Origin: Candidatus Sericytochromatia bacterium
GTDB taxonomy: Bacteria; Cyanobacteriota; Sericytochromatia; UBA7694
Assembly: GCA_044356335.1 (NCBI GenBank)
Contig: JBIKWL010000002.1
Location: 10,426 to 74,425 of the forward strand
Direction: 5' to 3'
DNA: 64,000 nt
Every line of letters begins with the position of its first letter. Position 1 is the stretch's first letter. This document shows, piece after piece, positions 57,328 to 64,000 of this stretch. The notes beneath the pieces are model-generated. The model saw only the letters and a list, made by a program, of their open reading frames with translations, did no database searches and was not told the origin of the DNA. Both the position numbers and the translations under genes were made by a program.

Positions 57328-59192
57328 CGGGTGAGTTCCTCGATCAGCGGATCGACCAGACTTTCATAACCGGCATTGCGAATCTTGAGCAAGCGCTCAA
57401 AGGCATGATCAACCACATCTTGTTCGGTATCGCGAATAAAGTCCACCAAGAGCGGGACCACATGGCCATAGAGCAAATAGGTCTGGCCCAAATAACAGAG
57501 AATGTCGATCAGGTATTTGCGCAGTATGCGGTTGCTCTCTTGGTGTTTTTCCAATAAACCCAGCCAGACCAGGGCATCATCCGGGTTTTTCACCAGGTCG
57601 CAGACCTCGCGAATCAAAAGTGCGCGCACACTGACATCTTCATGGTAGAGCACCGTGGCAAAGAGATCTTTACAAAGGGCTGCATTGGGGGCTTCCGGCA
57701 GTCGCAAAACATCGGCCAATTCACGCACACTGGCCAATTGTTGGCTGCGCGAGCCATGTTGCATCACATCTTGAAAATGTTTTTCCGGCAACGCGGGCAA
57801 GTTTTTTTCTGCAGGGCCAGCATTCAGAACCGACGGAGCAGCATTGCGAAGGTTGACCGATTTATTTAAAGCTTTGCGCATAAACGACAGCAATCCCTCC
57901 TTGGGAGCAGAACGGGCAAGCGGTGCTTGCCAATGGCGCGGGGGAGCGGGAAACCAGGGTACTTTATTCAGGCGTTTCTGCCATTGAGCCTCGGGGGGAA
58001 TCAGCTGACAAATCCGCCAATTGCCGGTATCCGTAACAAAAATCCGGCCCAAATGATCCATGGCAATGCCCTGCGGTTTGCAAAACTGATCTTTTTCGTT
58101 CCAGGGCTGCTCTACAGAGCGATACCCGGCAACCGTTTCGACCCAACCATCGGGAGCCACTTTACGCACACAATGATGGAAGCTGTCCACGACCAAGACA
58201 TGGCCCTGTTCATCCACAGCCAAACCCGCCATTTTTTCGGGTGAGATACGCCAATTGTCTTCACCTTTAAAACGCAGTGGCGTCAGCGTCAAATCTCCCT
58301 CTGGACTGATTTTCAGGAGCCGCTGACGATCGACAAGATAAATGGCTCCCTGGCGATCCAGGGCCAAATCCAAACGTTCATCGGCCCGAAAAGCCTGATT
58401 GCTCAAAGAAAAGGGCAAAAGCCGATCGGCGCGCTCACAAAACCAGGGGTTAAAAGGTTTGTTTTGGTCTCCATTTTTATAGGCTTTCCAGCTAAAAACA
58501 CCCGATTGTTCTACCAGCAATTCGCTTTGGCCCGAGGGCAAAAGCCGGCACAGAGCCAGGTAAAATTGTTTCTCAAAGCGCAGCTCGGTCGTGAAATAGA
58601 CCATGCCTTGCGGCCCACAGGCCAACCCACCCAAAGGCTGTCCACAGATCGGCAGGGTATGGGTTTCTCCCTGGGGCGAAATTTTGCGCAAGGCCTGATT
58701 GAGACTGTCAACCACGTAGAGAAAACCCGATCCATCGAGCGCAAGCCCCGTGGGCTGGTTAAAACGAGCTTGAGCACCCACCCCATCTTGAAAACCGCGC
58801 TCACCATTGCCTACAAAGGTACTGACTTTACCCTGGCGCGACACTTTGCGAATACAGTGGTTGAGGGTGTCTGCCACATACAAAATACCCTGTGTATCCA
58901 CCACCAAGCCAGTGGGTTTATTAAACAGGGCCTGCGGACCTCGGCCATTGCGAAAACCACTGCGCCAGACGGGCACGGGCAATGGCGTCCCACTCACACC
59001 GCGTTGCGCCGTAACCTGATCAAAGCGACCGGCAACAGTCAAAACCTCGTAATGGGGACGAACAATGGGGAGTACAGCCTCTTGCACAGACATAGGAATA
59101 GGCGCATAAGGGCTTTCTTGCACTGGTAAAGTGGCACGGAAGCCCGATTGAACCCCTAATTTTGCATAGATCGGAAGATGTTTAACCCGCAT
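57324..59192 (-). CDS. NHL-repeat beta-propeller protein with C-terminal HEAT-like domain
   Basis: FNKPTGLVVD..LYVADTLNHCIRK, FNQPTGLALD, PQGIAMD..VTDTGN; helical C-terminus; no signal peptide. Confidence 0.85.
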   Translation of the reverse strand: MRVKHLPIYAKLGVQSGFRATLPVQESPYAPIPMSVQEAVLPIVRPHYEVLTVAGRFDQVTAQRGVSGTPLPVPVWRSGFRNGRGPQALFNKPTGLVVDTQGILYVADTLNHCIRKVSRQGKVSTFVGNGERGFQDGVGAQARFNQPTGLALDGSGFLYVVDSLNQALRKISPQGETHTLPICGQPLGGLACGPQGMVYFTTELRFEKQFYLALCRLLPSGQSELLVEQSGVFSWKAYKNGDQNKPFNPWFCERADRLLPFSLSNQAFRADERLDLALDRQGAIYLVDRQRLLKISPEGDLTLTPLRFKGEDNWRISPEKMAGLAVDEQGHVLVVDSFHHCVRKVAPDGWVETVAGYRSVEQPWNEKDQFCKPQGIAMDHLGRIFVTDTGNWRICQLIPPEAQWQKRLNKVPWFPAPPRHWQAPLARSAPKEGLLSFMRKALNKSVNLRNAAPSVLNAGPAEKNLPALPEKHFQDVMQHGSRSQQLASVRELADVLRLPEAPNAALCKDLFATVLYHEDVSVRALLIREVCDLVKNPDDALVWLGLLEKHQESNRILRKYLIDILCYLGQTYLLYGHVVPLLVDFIRDTEQDVVDHAFERLLKIRNAGYESLVDPLIEELTR

Positions 59193-59287
59193 AATTTTAT
59201 TATAGCCAGTGATCTGGATTTTTCATCCCTTGGTTAATCAAGATTTTACAATCCAACCCAGAAAAAACAGATTCAAGCCCATTTTAA

Positions 59288-61138
59288 TTATTTTGTGAGG
59301 GGCAAAACGCTCAGAACCTCAAAAACAGGATCCAAGCGCCCAAAAGGAGCACTGATTTGGACTCCCTGCACGTGTGGGCGCAAGATCTGCACCATTTCTT
59401 GAGCGATTAAAATACCCTCTTCTTTGGCCCTGCCCGCGGCATCTGCCTCACACATGCGCTGCATAATGACATCGGGGATGACCACACCGGGTACTTCGTT
59501 GTTCATAAATTCCGCATTGCGGTAACTGGCCAAGGGCCAGATGCCTGCCAAAATCGGGATTTTATGCGATTCAATCTGTTCGAGAAAATGCAGAAGCGCC
59601 TCCACGTCAAAGACCGGCTGGGTAATCGCGTATTCAGCTCCAGCCTCGACTTTATAGTAAAAACGGCGAATTTCCCGCTCCAGGTCCACGGCACAGGGGT
59701 TGGCTCCCACCCCAATAAAATAGCCGGTGGGTTTGCCAATCGGGTTATTGCCCAAATCGTAACCATGATTGAGCCCATTCACCATATTGGTCAGGCCAAT
59801 CGCATCCACGTCAAAGACCGCCGTGGCATCGGGATAATCTCCCAGTTTGGGCGGGTCACCTGTAATCAACAAAATATTGTGAATGCCTGCGGTGTAAAGC
59901 CCGAGCAAATCAGACTGCATGCCGAGCAAATTGCGATCGCGACAACAATAATGGGGAATGGGTTCTATGCCCACCTGTTGGTGCATCAAAACCGAGAGAA
60001 TCTGGTTACTCATCCGCGCCGAGGCACGTGGCCCATCGGGCAAATTGATTGCGTCGACACCCCGCGCGTGCAATTCGCGGGCCTTGTCTAAAATGGCTGT
60101 GGGGTCACAGCCTTTGGGCGGGGTCAATTCGACACTCACGACAAAACGACCGGCTTGAATGCCCGCTGCCAAACGTGATTTTTCCGCCAAGGGCACGGGG
60201 CTGATATTCAGTTCGGGGGCCGGTTTATTTTTGGGTTTGGCATCAAGGTGGGCCCGCATCGGCTGCAGGGCTTTAACCGAACGGGCGATCTCGCGGATAT
60301 GCTCAGGGGTCGTACCACAACAGCCACCCAAAATTTGCACCCCGGCTTTGATCAATTTGCGGGCATAAGAGGCCATGTACTCAGGGGAGCAGAGGTAGAT
60401 CGTGCGATCCTGATAAATGCGGGGATGTCCGGCATTGGGCTGGGCTGCCAGGGGCTTATCTGTCCATTCCGACATCTGCATAATCGCATCCAACATGGGT
60501 TTGGGACCCACACTGCAATTCAAGCCGAGCATATCCACATCCAGCGCATCCAAGCGGGGGGTAAAGCGTTCTGGGGGGGTACCATAAATAGTATTGCCAT
60601 CGTCATCAACGGTGACCGAAGCCAAAATCGGCAAATCACTGTGTTTGCGAATCGCCGCAACAGCCTGAACCAGCTCATCGAGATTGGTAAAGGTCTCAAC
60701 CACAAAGAGGTCGACCCCGCCTTCGAGTAAAGGCAATACCTGGGTTTCAAAAGCTGCTTGGGCCTCGGCAAAAGACGTAGGGCCCAAAGGTTCAATTTTG
60801 ATTCCCAAGGGCCCAATAGAGCCCGCCACATAGGCTTGGTCGCCAGCTGCCCGGCGGGCAATCTGGGCCCCGGCCAAATTAATGGCATGGACCTGTTCTT
60901 CGAGGCCATGGGCCTTGAGTTTATAAGGATTGGCACCAAACGTATTGGTCTCAATCACATCGGCCCCAGCCTCCAGATACAGTTCATGCAATTCTTGCAC
61001 CAATTGGGGGCTTTGCAAATTGACCAGATCAAAATTGGTATTGAGAAAGACGCCTTTGCTGTAGAGCATCGTCCCCAAGCCCCCATCAAAGAGAATCAAG
61101 CGGCCACTGGCCAGCAGTTCACGAAAAGGGGCGGGCAT
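59288..61138 (-). CDS. yitJ: Bifunctional homocysteine S-methyltransferase / methylenetetrahydrofolate reductase
   Basis: DGGLGT, TNTFGAN, GLNCSVGP, GGCCGTTP; VELTPP, CRDRN, TGDPP, TQPVFD. Confidence 0.95.
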   Translation of the reverse strand: MPAPFRELLASGRLILFDGGLGTMLYSKGVFLNTNFDLVNLQSPQLVQELHELYLEAGADVIETNTFGANPYKLKAHGLEEQVHAINLAGAQIARRAAGDQAYVAGSIGPLGIKIEPLGPTSFAEAQAAFETQVLPLLEGGVDLFVVETFTNLDELVQAVAAIRKHSDLPILASVTVDDDGNTIYGTPPERFTPRLDALDVDMLGLNCSVGPKPMLDAIMQMSEWTDKPLAAQPNAGHPRIYQDRTIYLCSPEYMASYARKLIKAGVQILGGCCGTTPEHIREIARSVKALQPMRAHLDAKPKNKPAPELNISPVPLAEKSRLAAGIQAGRFVVSVELTPPKGCDPTAILDKARELHARGVDAINLPDGPRASARMSNQILSVLMHQQVGIEPIPHYCCRDRNLLGMQSDLLGLYTAGIHNILLITGDPPKLGDYPDATAVFDVDAIGLTNMVNGLNHGYDLGNNPIGKPTGYFIGVGANPCAVDLEREIRRFYYKVEAGAEYAITQPVFDVEALLHFLEQIESHKIPILAGIWPLASYRNAEFMNNEVPGVVIPDVIMQRMCEADAAGRAKEEGILIAQEMVQILRPHVQGVQISAPFGRLDPVFEVLSVLPLTK

Positions 61139-61163
61139 ATTCTTTCTCCTTCAGACCACAAAA

Positions 61164-62510
61164 TCAAGGTTGGGAGTATTGTAGCAGAGGCGGCAAGCTC
61201 AAACCCTCCCGATAGAAGAGATTATAGGTATCAAAGGGAATAATCCGCTGGGCATCGGGCGTCACAATATGTACACAGCTCTTTTTCACACTGCGAATGT
61301 CCAGATCCCAAGCGTCCATAAACCGCATGATAATGATTCGGAACAGGTTCTGGTAGCCCATGCCTGCGGGCACGGGAATCTGCGGCAAACAACAGAGCAA
61401 TTGGGCCGCCATTTCGGGGGAGTGAGCCGTTGAAAAAAGTTTTAAAAATTCTTCGTAGCGAATGGTATTGCCCTGGCACTCAGGATCAACCAAACGCGTC
61501 ATCGGAATCACACGATCGGGCAGTTTGAGTGCATACCCCATGGCAATACAATCGGGATGGCAGGGCACCGGCAACAGGTCTTCGGCACTAAACAGGTCGT
61601 GCTGGGCCAGAATTTGGGCCCGGACCTCACTCAGGGTGAGCCGATCGCGGGCGGGATCATAATTTTCCAGGCGTCCAGCTTCTTGAACCGGTTGAAAAGT
61701 CACGCCGCGCACACAGGACTGCTGCAGAGCGAAATCAATGATTTTACCAATTTCGCCATCATTTAGGCCTTTTTTAAGCGTGACCACCAGCGTGGTCGAA
61801 ATGCCCAATTCATTTAAGGTTTCGAGGGCTTTCATTCTGATCGGGCGCAGGTCTTCGCCACGCAGGGCCTCTAAGGGAGCCGCCTCAAGCGAATCAAACT
61901 GCAGATAGAGTTCAAAACCGGGCATATACTCAGCCAAACGCTCGGCAAAAGCCCGATCGCGGGCAATGCGAATGCCATTGGTATTGACCATCAAATGGCG
62001 AATGGGGCGGGCCCGGGCCTGATCGAGAATCGCAAAAAAATCGGGGTGCAAAGTGGGTTCTCCGCCACTGATCTGCACCACATCAGGCTCTTTTTCGTTG
62101 GCCACCACCCGATCCAACATGGCAATCACTTCATCCAAGGAGCGGTGTTTACGCCCAGGGGCCGAAGCCGCATAACAGATCGGGCAGGTCAAATTACAGG
62201 CATCACTGATTTCGATCAGGGTCAAACAAGAGTGCTGCTCGTGATCTGGACACAAACCACAGTCAAAGGGACAGCCCCGGCTCATCGGGGTATTAAAGGC
62301 ATAGGGCATCTGACCCGGTTTGAGCAAAGAGCGGGTTTTGAGGTAATAATCCACATCCGTGGAGATCAAAACTTTTTGCAGGCCGTGTTGGGGGCAAAAC
62401 TTTTGCAGATAGACATTGTTCTGTTGAAACAGCACTTTGGCTTCAACTTTTTGCAAACAGGTGCTGCACACCCCATTGGTCAATTCATAAAAAACATAAG
62501 GCCGATCCAT
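61164..62510 (-). CDS. Radical SAM enzyme of the MJ0619/Tes (GDGT-MAS) family
   Basis: N-terminal CSTC..CPQHG; CPFDCGLCPDH; CNLTCPICY; SGGEPT; YLQFD; CHPDC; SCVH..RIIPF.TYN. Confidence 0.9.
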   Translation of the reverse strand: MDRPYVFYELTNGVCSTCLQKVEAKVLFQQNNVYLQKFCPQHGLQKVLISTDVDYYLKTRSLLKPGQMPYAFNTPMSRGCPFDCGLCPDHEQHSCLTLIEISDACNLTCPICYAASAPGRKHRSLDEVIAMLDRVVANEKEPDVVQISGGEPTLHPDFFAILDQARARPIRHLMVNTNGIRIARDRAFAERLAEYMPGFELYLQFDSLEAAPLEALRGEDLRPIRMKALETLNELGISTTLVVTLKKGLNDGEIGKIIDFALQQSCVRGVTFQPVQEAGRLENYDPARDRLTLSEVRAQILAQHDLFSAEDLLPVPCHPDCIAMGYALKLPDRVIPMTRLVDPECQGNTIRYEEFLKLFSTAHSPEMAAQLLCCLPQIPVPAGMGYQNLFRIIIMRFMDAWDLDIRSVKKSCVHIVTPDAQRIIPFDTYNLFYREGLSLPPLLQYSQP

Positions 62511-62514
62511 TTAA

Positions 62515-63246
62515 TTACCTTTCCAGGCGCTCCAGGCGCCACATAGAGATCAAAGAATACACAGCACCCAGCAAAGAGGCCCAGGCAATCGCACTCAGAC
62601 CACCATAGATCATCATCACCGGCTTGAGCCACTCAGAGGCAAAGCGAAAGAGCAAATAGCCCGCCATAAACAGGCGAAAACGCGAACCAGGGGATTGCAC
62701 ACGAAACAGACCAAAATAAAGCGCCAAGCCCCATATCAAGACAAACAGAGACTCATAAACTTGGGTCGGGTGGCGGGGAATACCATCGCCAAAATCCACA
62801 GCCCAGGGCAAAACACTCGGGTTGCCATGGGTGCCATCAGGGAGCCCGGTCAAAAAACAGCCCACACGGCCCAGGCTCAAACCGAGTGCCATGGGCAAAA
62901 GGTAGACATCCCCCGTGCGTTGGCGAATCTGGAGACCGATTTTGACTATTTCAATACCCAGCCAGCCCCCCAAAAGTCCCCCGACAATGGTCTTGCCTGG
63001 TGGCAAAATCGCGCCGGTCAGTGGGTCAAAGGGTGTTTGTAGCCAACCCAAGCCTTTGGCGCCCAGCACAGCCCCCAAAATACAGCCGGCCAATAAGGCC
63101 AAACGCTGAAAAGGTGAAAAGGAAGCAGGCTGACGTTTTTGCAGCCAGCGATAGAGCTGAAATCCGCCTGAATAGGCCAAAATTTCAAATACCAGATGGG
63201 GGTGCAGGCGGACTGGCCCCAAAGACAGCCAGACCGGAAATTCCAT
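62515..63246 (-). CDS. Prolipoprotein diacylglyceryl transferase (Lgt)-family protein, divergent paralog
   Basis: GAVLGAK, GKTIVGGLLGG, GRVGCF, RHPTQVYE, YLLFRF..E; about 7 TMs. Confidence 0.88.
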   Translation of the reverse strand: MEFPVWLSLGPVRLHPHLVFEILAYSGGFQLYRWLQKRQPASFSPFQRLALLAGCILGAVLGAKGLGWLQTPFDPLTGAILPPGKTIVGGLLGGWLGIEIVKIGLQIRQRTGDVYLLPMALGLSLGRVGCFLTGLPDGTHGNPSVLPWAVDFGDGIPRHPTQVYESLFVLIWGLALYFGLFRVQSPGSRFRLFMAGYLLFRFASEWLKPVMMIYGGLSAIAWASLLGAVYSLISMWRLERLER

Positions 63247-63249
63247 GAG

Positions 63250-63435
63250 CTAAGGTGTGGTTTTGGGAGGGCAGGAAACGGGTTTTCCATCCGCATCGCG
63301 ACAGGAGGGTTGTGTCAGTGGTGGTTTTACAGGCGCAATCATTGGGCCACAAGCCTCAGAAGCAAACCAGGCGACAAGCAACAAGAGCCCAAAAGAAACA
63401 AAAAAACGTGAAGATGACATCCATTTCAAACGCAT
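63250..63435 (-). CDS. Small exported Cys/Pro-rich peptide, putative lipopeptide precursor
   Basis: AAGGAGGT RBS 5 nt before ATG; basic N-region, hydrophobic h-region, SEA-C, and two more Cys; stop is 3 nt before the lgt-like ATG. Confidence 0.8.
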   Translation of the reverse strand: MRLKWMSSSRFFVSFGLLLLVAWFASEACGPMIAPVKPPLTQPSCRDADGKPVSCPPKTTP

Positions 63436-63456
63436 ATTTGACCTCCTTTTTCCTTC

Positions 63457-63502
63457 ATTATACCTTTACTCAAAAACCAGATCGGACAATCTGGTTTTTG
63501 AG
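63457..63502 (-). promoter_or_regulatory. TATAAT -10 box next to a perfect 14-bp inverted repeat (terminator and/or operator)
   Basis: CTCAAAAACCAGAT-CGGACA-ATCTGGTTTTTGAG at 63469-63502; minus-strand TATAAT at 63457-63462. Confidence 0.6.
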
Positions 63503-63518
63503 AATGTCCCGCTTCTGT

Positions 63519-64000
63519 TCAACGTCGAGCAGGTTGGGTATAGACTGGGCGAGGCCCCTCTTCAAAGGCGTAGAGTTTGCCATCAGAAGACCCCACAAAC
63601 AAATAAGGCCCGACAATCACAGGACTGGCCAAAATTTCGCCCTTGGTCAGGGTAAAACCACGGGAGTTGCCATTGAGTCTGTCCAAGGCATAGATCAGTT
63701 TGTTTTCACAACCCACAAAGACGTGTTTTTCCGTGGCCACAGGGGCTGTCAGGGGCATGACTGCCCGAAATTTCCATTGCAGCTCCAAGGCACGGGTATC
63801 AAAGGCATAGAGGTTTTTTTCGCCCGTGATCAACAATTGGTTTTCAGCCAGGGCCATGTCTTTGGTAATGCTGTCTCCCTGGATCTGAAAACGCCAGTCG
63901 ATTTTACCCGTTTCTGGTATCAGACTGTAGACATAACCTCCCTGGGTACCAATAAACACACGGCCCTCAGCCCAAATTGGGGCAGTCGTGGGCTTGCTAT
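63519..64000 (-). CDS. PQQ-binding-like (BamB-type) beta-propeller protein, C-terminal part
   Basis: Repeats VYSL..TGKIDWRF, LYAFD..QWKF, SPVI..LFVGSSDGKLYAF; 5' end lies beyond the window. Confidence 0.85.
   Translation of the reverse strand, partial: SKPTTAPIWAEGRVFIGTQGGYVYSLIPETGKIDWRFQIQGDSITKDMALAENQLLITGEKNLYAFDTRALELQWKFRAVMPLTAPVATEKHVFVGCENKLIYALDRLNGNSRGFTLTKGEILASPVIVGPYLFVGSSDGKLYAFEEGPRPVYTQPARR

Noticed and set aside
132-63655. Many antisense and alternate-frame ORFs (e.g. 3280-3933, 24860-25672, 54840-55574, 63257-63655)
   Set aside because: They are shadows of well-supported genes and show no recognisable motifs.

Overview
A gene-dense 64-kb chromosomal window from a diderm bacterium (TolC, MltA-like protein, a predicted outer-membrane barrel protein, lipoproteins, flagellar switch/export genes). 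Gene style and content suggest a non-photosynthetic Cyanobacteriota relative such as Sericytochromatia; this is inference only. I found no rRNA, tRNA, CRISPR array, transposase or integrase. Housekeeping genes include hflX, dacB, citrate synthase, queA, a SpoIID/LytB protein, yitJ and a fliM/N/O/P/Q/R block. The most interesting items: (1) a tight operon encoding a 61-aa Cys-containing lipopeptide-like precursor, a divergent Lgt paralog and a Tes/GDGT-MAS (MJ0619)-family radical SAM enzyme, followed by yitJ, which is a candidate new lipid/lipopeptide modification system; (2) a 650-aa multi-pass membrane protein carrying a FliN-type SPOA domain in the fliY position of the flagellar operon; (3) an operon of two paralogous lipoproteins, an XRE-TPR regulator and a VWA lipoprotein, next to six tandem paralogous secreted proteins, linked by a near-identical promoter carrying a GTTTAC-N5-GTCAAC palindrome; (4) several apparent pseudo-enzymes (GT2, 5'-nucleotidase fused to a barrel, APH-like kinase, T1SS ABC); (5) an A+T-rich SulP / insertion-bearing isocitrate dehydrogenase / T1SS block. 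All family calls come from recognising motifs by eye, without database searches.
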